From the NCBI GenBank assembly GCA_041574955.1, contig JBFGNS010000006.1, forward strand, positions 1 to 55,255: 55,255 nt of DNA. The letters are read 5' to 3'. A program made the translations under genes and the position numbers. A model generated the notes under the pieces. That model made no database searches and had not been told where the DNA came from. It saw only the letters and a list, made by a program, of their open reading frames with translations. Shown here in pieces: positions 28,923-37,556 of this stretch; positions within the stretch are counted from its first letter, which is position 1; each line of letters opens with the position of its first letter. The DNA comes from Thermoanaerobaculia bacterium (GTDB lineage Bacteria; Acidobacteriota; Thermoanaerobaculia; Multivoradales; JAHEKO01).

Positions 28923-29897
28923 CTAGCGCAGGGTGACGTCGCCGTCGTGGGTGCGGATCCGGATCGTCCCGGCGCCGTCGCCCAGCCGGCCGCTCACCCG
29001 GTGGCGCGAGCGGGAGGTGACCCGCTCCTCGGGCGAGACGCGGACGGCGCCGTCGTCGGTCTCGACGGTGAAGCTCGCCGAGATCTCGGGCGACAGCCGC
29101 AGGTCGACGTCGCCGTCGTCGAGCTCGATCTCGAGGTCGAGCTCGCTCGCCGACACGAGCTCCAGGCCGACGTCGCCGTCCTCGCCGCGGATGCGGAAGC
29201 GCGAGCCGGAGATCCTGGTGAGCTCGACGTCGCCGTCGTCGACCGTGATCTCCATGCTGCCGTCGCAGCGGTCGACCGCCAGGTTGCCGTCCTGCGCCCG
29301 AATGCGCAGTCGCGGGCTGCGGCAGTCGGTGATCCTCACGTCGCCGTCGTCGAGCTCGGCGGCCAGCTCGCCCTCGAGGCCCGCGATCACCACGTCACCG
29401 TCCTCGAGCTCGAGGCGCACGTCGCCGCGCACGTCCGCGATCTCGACGTCGCCGTCATCCAGCTCGATGTCCACCGCCGCGCGCCAGCCGGTCAGCTCGA
29501 CGTCGCCGTCGTCGCCGTCGAGCTCGAGCACCACCCAGGCCGGGGCGCGCACGGTGTAGCGGTGCTCGCGGTTCCTGCTGGTGAACCAGCCGAAGCCGCG
29601 GCGCCCGGTCTCGCGGCCGACGACGCGCACGGTGCCGCCACGCTGGCTGAAGTCGACCTGGAAGTCGGGCTTGGTGGCGGCGCCGATGCTCTTGAGCTCG
29701 GCGCGGTAGACGACGTGTACGTCGATCACGTCCCGCTCCCAGGGCGTGATCTCGACGCCACCGTCACCGTGCACCAGCTCGAGGCGGGCGCCGCGCGCCA
29801 CCTCGAAGCTCTCGTGGAACTCGCGGTCGATCCGTTCGGCCGAGGCCGCCGCCGCAAGTCCCAGCGACAGCGCGGCCGCAATCAAAGCAGCTCTCAT
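28923..29897 (-). CDS. DUF4097 / putative adhesin beta-strand repeat protein, secreted
   Basis: AGGAGG RBS; signal peptide; more than 10 (D/E)DG(D/N)V repeats. Confidence 0.85.
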   Translation of the reverse strand: MRAALIAAALSLGLAAAASAERIDREFHESFEVARGARLELVHGDGGVEITPWERDVIDVHVVYRAELKSIGAATKPDFQVDFSQRGGTVRVVGRETGRRGFGWFTSRNREHRYTVRAPAWVVLELDGDDGDVELTGWRAAVDIELDDGDVEIADVRGDVRLELEDGDVVIAGLEGELAAELDDGDVRITDCRSPRLRIRAQDGNLAVDRCDGSMEITVDDGDVELTRISGSRFRIRGEDGDVGLELVSASELDLEIELDDGDVDLRLSPEISASFTVETDDGAVRVSPEERVTSRSRHRVSGRLGDGAGTIRIRTHDGDVTLR

Positions 29898-29918
29898 CGA
29901 AACACCTCCTGAGGCTCC

Positions 29919-30689
29919 CTACGCGCCGCCGGCGCCCAGGGTTCCGCCCGCGGCCGCGTCGGACCGCTCGGCCGGATCGTCACCGCCGGCGGGGCGGCGC
30001 AGATGCGGCCGCTCGCCGGACACCACCGCGTCGTTCGGGATGCGGGCGTAGTGCGGCGACAGCGTGAGGCCCGGCAGGGTGCGCACCCGGTCGCCGATCT
30101 GGATGATGCCCATGCCGGTGCCGGCCCCGATGGTGCAGTTCCGGCCGATCTCCACCAGGCCGTAACGGAACCGGCCGGCTCCCTCGTAGGTGTGCACCGT
30201 CAGGCGGCTGTAGGCGCCGATCAGGGTGCCGTCGCCGACGAAGATCAGCTCCGGCCGGAAGTGGTCGAGCCAGGCGAGCTGCATGATCTCGACGCCGCTG
30301 CCGATGTGCGCACCCATCCACCGGTACAGCCGGTTCTTGGCCGGCGAGCCCTTCATCACCAGCGAGACGGCGACCTGCAGCTGGAGCAGCGCACGCCGCC
30401 AGAAAGGCAGGTTCAGCTTGCGCCAGTTGATCGCGCCGGGTTCGTCGGCGGCGCCCAGCCCGAGCACCGTGTACTGGCGCTTGACCGGGGTCAGGAACTC
30501 GTCGAGCCGGCGGCGACCCTCGGCGGTGCCCGGGTCGAGGCTGGCGACGTCGACCCCCTGGCCCTTCGACGTCTTGCTGATGCGCACGGTGCGCCCGTGC
30601 TTGCGTGCGAGCCGCGTGCCTCGCCGCACGATCTCGATCGTCACCGCCCGCATTGCCTCTGACGGCTCCATTGCGCTGTTGCTTCCCAC
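29919..30689 (-). CDS. Hexapeptide-repeat (left-handed beta-helix) acyltransferase, YvoF-like, with extra N-terminal segment
   Basis: KNRLYRWMGAHIG, PELIFVGDGTLIG, VEIGRNCTIGA. Start uncertain (30689 or 30671). Confidence 0.75.
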   Translation of the reverse strand: MGSNSAMEPSEAMRAVTIEIVRRGTRLARKHGRTVRISKTSKGQGVDVASLDPGTAEGRRRLDEFLTPVKRQYTVLGLGAADEPGAINWRKLNLPFWRRALLQLQVAVSLVMKGSPAKNRLYRWMGAHIGSGVEIMQLAWLDHFRPELIFVGDGTLIGAYSRLTVHTYEGAGRFRYGLVEIGRNCTIGAGTGMGIIQIGDRVRTLPGLTLSPHYARIPNDAVVSGERPHLRRPAGGDDPAERSDAAAGGTLGAGGA

Positions 30690-30802
30690 CGTGTTTCTGC
30701 TCCCCGCGGCGCGCCGATCCTACTGTCCCGGATCGTTCCGCCCGGATCTGCCGGCCGGCCGCTCGCTCGCTCGCCGTCTCCCGCCTCGCGCGGCCCGCGA
30801 CC

Positions 30803-32335
30803 TCAGCCGCAAGTCGGGATCTTGAGCCGCTGGCCGGCGCGGATGGTGTAGCGCGGCGGGCGGACGCCGTTGACCGCCGCCAGCTCGCGCACCGAAACGC
30901 AGGGGAAGCGCGCGGCGATGCGGCCGAGGCTGTCGCCCTGGCGCACCGTGTACGGGATCATCTCCGGCTCCTCCGGGTAGTTGGCGTCGTGCAGCAGCCG
31001 CGCCTCGGCCAGCAGCGGCCCCTCCACGCAGCGCTCCTCGTACGCCGGCACCAGCACCGCCGGCAGGCGGACCTCGGTGCCCACCTCCAGCCGGTCGCCA
31101 GGGCCGAGCCGCGGGTTCAGGTTGCGCAGCGTGCGGAACCAGCCGTCGGGGTTGCCGGCATCGCCGACGCACACCGCCAGCTCGTTGAGGGCGATCTCGC
31201 TGGACAGCGCCAGGGTGGTGGTCGAGGTGTCGATGGCGGGCAGCTCGAGGCCGTACCGCTCGGGGTGGAGAAACAGCCAGGCGGCGGCCAGCACCCGCGG
31301 CACGTACTCGCGGGTCTCGCGTGGAAACTGGTAGTAGACCCGCCGATCCCAGAAGCTGGCCGCGCCGTAGCCGCGCTGGATGCGCTGCATCCGGCCCTCG
31401 CCGCCGTTGTAGGCCGCGAGCACCTTCTCCAGGCTGTCGTTGAACGCCGCCAGGTACTCGTTGATGTAGGCGACGTTGGCGCGGGTGGCGGCCTCCGGGT
31501 CGAAGCGCAGGTCGAAGCCGTCGCGCTCGACCAGGCCGTAGCGCCGGCCGGTGGCGCGGATGAACTGCAGCGGGCCGGCGGCGCCGGCGCGCGACATGGC
31601 GTGCACCTTGCCTCCGCTCTCGGCCGCCAGGATGCCGAACAGCAGCGCCTCGGGCAGCCCCGCCTGCTCGTAGACCGGCGCCATCTCGGGTCGCAGGAAC
31701 TGGTAGTTGTACCAGGCGGTGCGCAGGTTGGGCCGCATCCAGGTGAGCCAGTCGTCGAGCGCCGCGCGCACCGGACCGTTGAGCTCGATCAGCTCGCTCA
31801 GGTCGGTGCCCTTGAGCAGGTTCAAGGAGCGGTCGAGCTCCGGCATCTCGCCGTGGAACGGCTCGGTCCCGGGCTCGCGCTCGGCCTCCCCGTCCGCCGG
31901 CTCCACGGCCTCGGCCAGACGGACGGCGCGCAGCGCCGTGGCCTGCTCTTCGAGCAGGTAGTCGTAGGCGCCGACGAACAGGTCGATGTCGCAGCCGGCG
32001 GTGCGCGAGCAGTCGGCGGCGCCCTGGCGCAGGCGCGCCGAGGCCGCCGCGAGCTGCGCCGAGCCGATCTCGTCGCGTCCCTCCTGCAACAGGCGGATGC
32101 CGGCCTCGAACGCCTCGATCTGCGACTGCAGGTCGGTGTAGAGCGCCTGCAGCGCCGCCGGGTCGGGAGCCGGAGCGGCGGCCTGCTGTGTGGGGCGCTC
32201 GGCTTGCGGCGGCGGTGCGGCCGGCGGTGGCGCGGGCGCCGAGGCGCAGGCGATGGCGACCAGCGCCACCGGCGCCAGCGCGGCCGGTCGCGGCGGCCAC
32301 CGGCGGGTCGGGGAGATTCGGGCTCGGGCGGACAT
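30803..32335 (-). CDS. Lytic transglycosylase lipoprotein with LysM (MltD-like)
   Basis: AES catalytic Glu, AAGPLQF, AAYNGG, ETREYVPR; C-terminal YTVRQGDSL LysM. Confidence 0.9.
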   Translation of the reverse strand: MSARARISPTRRWPPRPAALAPVALVAIACASAPAPPPAAPPPQAERPTQQAAAPAPDPAALQALYTDLQSQIEAFEAGIRLLQEGRDEIGSAQLAAASARLRQGAADCSRTAGCDIDLFVGAYDYLLEEQATALRAVRLAEAVEPADGEAEREPGTEPFHGEMPELDRSLNLLKGTDLSELIELNGPVRAALDDWLTWMRPNLRTAWYNYQFLRPEMAPVYEQAGLPEALLFGILAAESGGKVHAMSRAGAAGPLQFIRATGRRYGLVERDGFDLRFDPEAATRANVAYINEYLAAFNDSLEKVLAAYNGGEGRMQRIQRGYGAASFWDRRVYYQFPRETREYVPRVLAAAWLFLHPERYGLELPAIDTSTTTLALSSEIALNELAVCVGDAGNPDGWFRTLRNLNPRLGPGDRLEVGTEVRLPAVLVPAYEERCVEGPLLAEARLLHDANYPEEPEMIPYTVRQGDSLGRIAARFPCVSVRELAAVNGVRPPRYTIRAGQRLKIPTCG

Positions 32336-32445
32336 CGGGTTCGGTTGTGCCGGACGCGGGCCGGCACCGGCGGATTATGCCAGGGAGGCGGCGCGGCGCC
32401 CAGCGCGCTAGACTCGGAGCTCCCCCCGGGGTGCGGGAGCTGTCG

Positions 32446-32859
32446 ATGCAAGCGGCGAGCGCGGAGAAGGTCCTCAAGTGGCTGCTGGTGGTGTTGGGAG
32501 CCATGGCGGCCTCGGCTGTCTTCACGGCGGTGATGCCGACCGCCTGGATGGAGGCGTGCAGCCGCTGGCTCGGCGTCGAGCCGCTGCCGCGCACACCGCT
32601 GGCGCAGTACCTGACCCGCTCGCTGTCGCTGGTCTACGCCCACCTCGGCGTGCTGGTGCTGTATCTGGCGCGCGACGTACGGCGCCACCGGCGGTTGATC
32701 GGCTTCGTCGGCTGGCTGACCGGTCTGCTGGGGGTGGCGCTGACGGTGCTCGACTTCGCCATCGGCATGCCGGCGAGCTGGAGCTGGGGAGAGGGCCCGC
32801 CCACCGTGCTGTGCGCCTGGGCCATCGTCTGGCTGGCACGGCGGGTGCGGCCGGCTTGA
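32446..32859 (+). CDS. Small four-TM membrane protein
   Basis: Start ATG 32446 after GGGAG; four hydrophobic segments; QYLTRSLS. Confidence 0.7.
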   Translation: MQAASAEKVLKWLLVVLGAMAASAVFTAVMPTAWMEACSRWLGVEPLPRTPLAQYLTRSLSLVYAHLGVLVLYLARDVRRHRRLIGFVGWLTGLLGVALTVLDFAIGMPASWSWGEGPPTVLCAWAIVWLARRVRPA

Positions 32860-32981
32860 GGCCGCGCGGCGTCCGCGCGACAACCCGCGCGGGGGGTCGG
32901 CCGTATATTGGGCAACCAGCCGCCATCCCGGCCGGCGGGCAGAGCCCGCGGGGGCCGCAACCGCCGAGGAGGAGAAAGCCG

Positions 32982-34121
32982 ATGACGAGGACCCTGGCCA
33001 TCTCGCTGCTGACCCTGATCTGTGCCGCCGGGCCGGCAGCGGCCGCGGCGGCCGAGGCGGAGCCCGCCCCGGCGCCGATCCAGTCGATGAGCGCGCTCGC
33101 GTTCGGACCCGGCGGCGTGCTGTTCATCGGCGACAGCAAGGGCGGCGCGGTGTACGCCGTCGAGCTCCCCGAGCGGCAGCCGACGGAGTGGGCGGAGTGG
33201 TTCACGCTCTCTGACGTCGAGGGCAAGATCGCCGCGCTGCTCGGCACCACGGCCGACGAGGTGATGATCCACGACCTGGCCGCGGACCCACGCACGCGCC
33301 ACGTCTACCTGGCGGTGTCGCGCGGCCGGGGCAGCTGGGGCTCGAACTGGATGCTGCCCAACGAAGCCGCCGACGCCACCCTGCTGCTGGTAATCGACGG
33401 CAGCGGCGCCATCAGCGAGCTCGTGCTGGAGCCGGCCGCCATGCGCCGGGTCGCCCTGCCCAACCCGGTCGACGCGGCGAAAAAGCACCCCTGGAAGGAC
33501 ACCTCGCTGCGCGCCGAGACGATCACCGACATGGGCTACGACGGCGGCGTTCTCTACGTGGCCGGGCTGTCGAACGAGGAGTTCGCCTCGACCCTCTGGA
33601 AGGTGCCGTATCCGTTCGGCCCGGGGGTCGGCGCGACGACGCTCGAGATCTACCACGGGGCGCACGGCGCGTTCGAGACCCACGCCCCCATCCGCACCTT
33701 CGTGCCCTACCGGCTGCGCGGCGAGCCGCACCTGCTGGCCGCCTACCTGTGCACGCCGTTCGTCACCTTCCGCACCTCGGAGCTGGCCGACGGCGAGCAC
33801 GTGCGCGGCCGCACACTCGGCGAGTTCGGCGCCGGCAACTACCCGCTCGACATGGTCGTGTACCGGAAGGACGGCAAGGACCGTCTGCTGATCGCCAACA
33901 GCAACCTGCCGCTGATGATCGTCAAGCCCGAGGACATCGAGAGCTTCGAGGGCGAGATCCTCGAGAAGCCGGACACGTATCTGGCCGGCCTGGCGTACGA
34001 GCCGCGCTCGGGAACCGGCATCCTGCAGCTCGACGCGCTCGGCGCCGACAGCGTGGTGGCGCTCAAGCGGATGCCCAACGGCGGCCTGAATCTGCTCACC
34101 GTGCCGGTGGGCTGGTTCTGA
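32982..34121 (+). CDS. Secreted protein of unknown function (probable beta-propeller)
   Basis: GAGGAGGAG RBS; signal peptide; LAFGPGGVLFIGD, YVAGLSNEEFASTL, IYHGAHGAFETHAPI, AYLCTP. Confidence 0.8.
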   Translation: MTRTLAISLLTLICAAGPAAAAAAEAEPAPAPIQSMSALAFGPGGVLFIGDSKGGAVYAVELPERQPTEWAEWFTLSDVEGKIAALLGTTADEVMIHDLAADPRTRHVYLAVSRGRGSWGSNWMLPNEAADATLLLVIDGSGAISELVLEPAAMRRVALPNPVDAAKKHPWKDTSLRAETITDMGYDGGVLYVAGLSNEEFASTLWKVPYPFGPGVGATTLEIYHGAHGAFETHAPIRTFVPYRLRGEPHLLAAYLCTPFVTFRTSELADGEHVRGRTLGEFGAGNYPLDMVVYRKDGKDRLLIANSNLPLMIVKPEDIESFEGEILEKPDTYLAGLAYEPRSGTGILQLDALGADSVVALKRMPNGGLNLLTVPVGWF

Positions 34122-34122
34122 G

Positions 34123-35349
34123 GTGTCCCCGCCAGGCGCGCTGCGCCGCTCGCGCCTGGCGCCGGCGCTGATCGCGGCCGCCCTGGTCGCCGCGGCACCC
34201 TCGCTGGGCGCCGCGCCGCCCGCGCCGTCGCTCCAGTTCGAGAGCTCTCCCGCTGCGCCGGGCTTCGGCACCGTCGCGGTCGCGGGCCTCGATCCCGCGG
34301 CGCTGGCGAGGCTCGCCGCCAGCACCCCGACGGTCGCCGAGTGGCAGGAGGTGCTGGCGGTGCGGGTGGCCGCCGGAGAGGAGGTGCCGCCGGTGCTGGG
34401 CCGTTACCAGGTCACGGACGACGTCGTGCGTTTCGTGCCGCGCTTTCCGCTTGCGGCCGGGATCGAGCTCGACTGCCGGTTCGACGGAGCGGCCTTCGAC
34501 CGCCTCGCCGGGCCGCCGGCCGCCGGTACTCCGACGCTCGCCGGCTCGTTCGTCATGCCCGAGCCGCCGCCGCCGGCCGCCCCCACGGTGGTCGCGGTCT
34601 ACCCCTCGGCCGAGCGTGTGCCGCAGAACCTGCTGCGGCTCTACGTCCACTTCTCGCAGCCGATGCGCCGGTGGGACGTGGCGGAGCGGGTGCGGCTGCT
34701 CGACCGGGCCGGCGCGTCGGTGCCGCTGCCGTTCGTCGAGATCGAGGGCGGTCTGTGGGATCCGCTGGGTCGCCGGCTGACGCTGTTCTTCCACCCCGGG
34801 CGGGTCAAGCGGGGAGTCGGCCCGCACCGCGAGCTCGGCCCGCCGCTGCGCCAGGGTGAGCGCTACCGGCTAGTGATCGCCGCCGGCCTGCGCTCGGCCG
34901 GCGGCGGCGTGCTCGAAGAGCCGTTCATCCGTGAGCTCTTGGTCGGCCCGCCCGACCGGCAGTCGCCCGACCCGCTGCGCTGGCGGATCGTGCCGCCGGC
35001 CGGCGCCACGGGCAGCCTGGCGGTGGAGCTGGGCGAGCCGCTCGACCACGGCCAGCTGCTGCGGCTGATCGAGGTGGTGGGCGACGGCGGCGCGGCGGTG
35101 GCGGGCGAGGTGACGGTGACCGGCGGCGAGACCCGGTGGTGGTTCACGCCCGACCGCCCGTGGCTCCCCGGGCGCTATCAGCTGCGGGTCGACCCGCGTC
35201 TCGAGGACCTCGCCGGCAACTCCGTCGGTCGGCGCTTCGAAGAGCCGCCGGGCAGCGCCGCCGAGCCGCCAGCGGCGGTTGTGGTGCCGTTCGAGGTGGG
35301 CGAGCCGGCGGCCGTGCGCAGAGTAGAATCCCCGGGCGGAGTCCGGTGA
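34123..35349 (+). CDS. Secreted protein with tandem Ig-like (Big_5-like) domains
   Basis: Starts 1 nt after upstream stop; signal peptide; YPS...PQNLLRLYVHFSQPM, FTPDRPW, LEDLAGN. Confidence 0.75.
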   Translation: MSPPGALRRSRLAPALIAAALVAAAPSLGAAPPAPSLQFESSPAAPGFGTVAVAGLDPAALARLAASTPTVAEWQEVLAVRVAAGEEVPPVLGRYQVTDDVVRFVPRFPLAAGIELDCRFDGAAFDRLAGPPAAGTPTLAGSFVMPEPPPPAAPTVVAVYPSAERVPQNLLRLYVHFSQPMRRWDVAERVRLLDRAGASVPLPFVEIEGGLWDPLGRRLTLFFHPGRVKRGVGPHRELGPPLRQGERYRLVIAAGLRSAGGGVLEEPFIRELLVGPPDRQSPDPLRWRIVPPAGATGSLAVELGEPLDHGQLLRLIEVVGDGGAAVAGEVTVTGGETRWWFTPDRPWLPGRYQLRVDPRLEDLAGNSVGRRFEEPPGSAAEPPAAVVVPFEVGEPAAVRRVESPGGVR

Positions 35350-35786
35350 GCACCCTGAGCAACGCCCTGGCCAAGCTGGCTCGCGCCTCGTGGCGCGACC
35401 GCGGGCTGCTGGTCGAGGCGGCGGCGTGGCTGGCGGTGGCCCGGTTGGCGATCCTGGCGTTGCCGTTCCGCCGCATCGCACCCCGGCTCGGCCGGGCGAT
35501 GAACGAGTCGCCGGCCAGCGAGCCGCGACTGGAGCTCGGCCGGCGGGTGGGCTGGGCGATCAGCGTGGCCAGCCGCTACGCCCCGTGGCGCACCCGCTGC
35601 CTGGAGCAGGCGGTCGCCGCCAAGGCGATGCTGCGGCGCCGCGGCGTCGCCAGCACCCTCTACCTGGGCCTGGCACGGCGCGACGCCGGCGGCGAGGCCC
35701 ACGCCTGGCTGCGCTGCGGCGAGACCATCCTCACCGGCGGCGCCGAGGTGTCGGGCTACGCGGTGGTGGCCAAGTTCGCCGAGTAG
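35346..35786 (+). CDS. Lasso peptide biosynthesis B2 protein (transglutaminase-like leader peptidase)
   Basis: GTG overlapping upstream TGA; RCLEQA...MLRRRG...LYLG...AHAWL. Confidence 0.85.
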   Translation: MSTLSNALAKLARASWRDRGLLVEAAAWLAVARLAILALPFRRIAPRLGRAMNESPASEPRLELGRRVGWAISVASRYAPWRTRCLEQAVAAKAMLRRRGVASTLYLGLARRDAGGEAHAWLRCGETILTGGAEVSGYAVVAKFAE

Positions 35787-35804
35787 CCCGCTGCCGGCCG
35801 CCGG

Positions 35805-36551
35805 TCACTCCCAGCGGAAGATGCGCGCCGACAGCGCGACGCAGATCACCATGTCGACGACCAGCGCGCCGGCCGGCAGCGCCGCCGCCGCCAGCGGCTC
35901 GCCGGCCCACACCCCGGCGAGCAGCTGGTAGGCGTGGGTCACCGGCGACAGCTGGGCCGCCGTCCGCCACACCGGTGGTAGGGCGGCGATCGGGAACGCC
36001 GCGCCCGACACGAACAGCAGGCTGTAGAGCAGGGCGCTGGCCACCGGCTGTGCGAAGCGGGCGGTGGGCACCGCGCTGGCGACGACGAAGCCGACCGCCA
36101 GCAGAGCGAGGGTCGCCAGCACCAGCGCCAGCGCGAACGCAGCCAGGTCGACCTCGATCGGCACCGGGTAGAACCGCCTGCCGGCCACCACCAGCAGGCC
36201 CAGGGTTGCCACCGTCAGCCCGAGCTTGAGCACCACGTGCGCCGACAGGATGGTGACCGGCGACAGCGGCGTCGCCTTGAGCCGCCGCAGGATGCCGCCC
36301 TCGCGGTAGATCGAGATGATCGCCACCAGCGAGGTGGCGGCGCTCAGGCTGATCAGCAGGCAGGCGAAGACCGGCAGCCCGGTGGCGGCGAACTCGGCGG
36401 CCCGCGGCGACTGCGCCAGCCGCGGGGCGAGCGAGCGGCCCAGCACCAGGAACGCCGCCAGCGGAATGCCGACGGTCGCCAGCACGCCGAGCGGCTCGCG
36501 CAGGAAGATCCGGAACTCGGTCCAGGTCAGTCGCCAGAAGCCACGCACCAC
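35805..36551 (-). CDS. ABC-2 type exporter permease
   Basis: REGGILRRLKATP, SGAAFP, SPVTH, C-terminal FRWE. Confidence 0.9.
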   Translation of the reverse strand: MVRGFWRLTWTEFRIFLREPLGVLATVGIPLAAFLVLGRSLAPRLAQSPRAAEFAATGLPVFACLLISLSAATSLVAIISIYREGGILRRLKATPLSPVTILSAHVVLKLGLTVATLGLLVVAGRRFYPVPIEVDLAAFALALVLATLALLAVGFVVASAVPTARFAQPVASALLYSLLFVSGAAFPIAALPPVWRTAAQLSPVTHAYQLLAGVWAGEPLAAAALPAGALVVDMVICVALSARIFRWE

Positions 36552-36615
36552 CGTGCTCCTTGCCCGGCGCTCCGGCGCCGGTAACCGTTCAGCCCCACGC
36601 TCACGCCCCTCGGCT

Positions 36616-37530
36616 TCAATCCCGGATCCCGTGTCCGGTGAGGGTCAGGAAGACGTCCTCGAGGTTCGGCTGCTCGGTGCGAAAGTCGCGGATCCGCACC
36701 CCCTGGTCGGCCAGGAAGCGCAAGACCTCGGTGACGAAGTCGGCGCCGCTGCCGGTCAGGGTGAAGCTGTCGCCGTCGTGCTCCGCCACGCTGCAGCCGG
36801 CGATCGCGCGCAGGCTGTCGAGCTCGCCCGCCCAGTCGCTGGCGAACACCACCGTGCGCTGCGGGCAGTGGCGGCGGACCAGGCCGGCAGGGCTGTCGAC
36901 GTCGATGATCCGGCCGTGCTCGAGGATCGCGACGCGGTCGCACAAACGCTCGGCCTCCTCCATCAGGTGGGTGGTGAGGAACACCGTCGCGCCGCCGTCG
37001 CGGATGCCGGTGACCAGCGACCAGATGGCGCGCCGCGCCTGCGGGTCGAGACCGGTGGTCAGCTCGTCGAGAAACACCAGCTCGGGGTCGTTGATCAGCG
37101 CCAGGGCGATGAACAGCCGCTGCTTCTGGCCGCCCGACAGGTTCATGAACCAGTCGTCCTGCTTGGCGGCGAGCCCCAGGCGGTCGAGCAGCGCCGCGCC
37201 GTCGACCGTGCGGGGGTAGAGCGAGGCCCACAGCGCAACCGCCTCGCGCACTGTGATCCTCTTCTGCAGCTGCGCCTGCTGGAGCTGCACCCCGATCCGG
37301 TCCTCGAGCTTGGCGGCGTCGCGGTGCGGGTCGAGCGACAGCACCCGGAGCGAGCCGCCATCGGGCCGGCGCAGGCCCTCGACGCACTCCATGGTGGTGG
37401 TCTTGCCGGCTCCGTTGGGGCCGATCAGGCCGAAGATCTCGCCCTGCCGGACGGTGAACGAGACGTCGTCCACCGCTACCGTGCGGCCGTAGCTCTTGCG
37501 CAGGCCCGCGACCTCGACCACCGCCGTCAT
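36616..37530 (-). CDS. ABC exporter ATP-binding protein
   Basis: Start ATG 37530. GPNGAGKT, LSGGQ, FLDELT, TTH. Confidence 0.95.
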   Translation of the reverse strand: MTAVVEVAGLRKSYGRTVAVDDVSFTVRQGEIFGLIGPNGAGKTTTMECVEGLRRPDGGSLRVLSLDPHRDAAKLEDRIGVQLQQAQLQKRITVREAVALWASLYPRTVDGAALLDRLGLAAKQDDWFMNLSGGQKQRLFIALALINDPELVFLDELTTGLDPQARRAIWSLVTGIRDGGATVFLTTHLMEEAERLCDRVAILEHGRIIDVDSPAGLVRRHCPQRTVVFASDWAGELDSLRAIAGCSVAEHDGDSFTLTGSGADFVTEVLRFLADQGVRIRDFRTEQPNLEDVFLTLTGHGIRD

Positions 37531-37556
37531 CGCACTCAGTATAGGGGGGCGCCGCG

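Noticed and set aside
32860-37556. Lasso precursor peptide near the B2 gene
   Set aside because: No short ORF with RBS, Thr at -2 and a Gly/Ser/Cys-start core with Asp/Glu at 7-9 was found; intergenic gaps are very small
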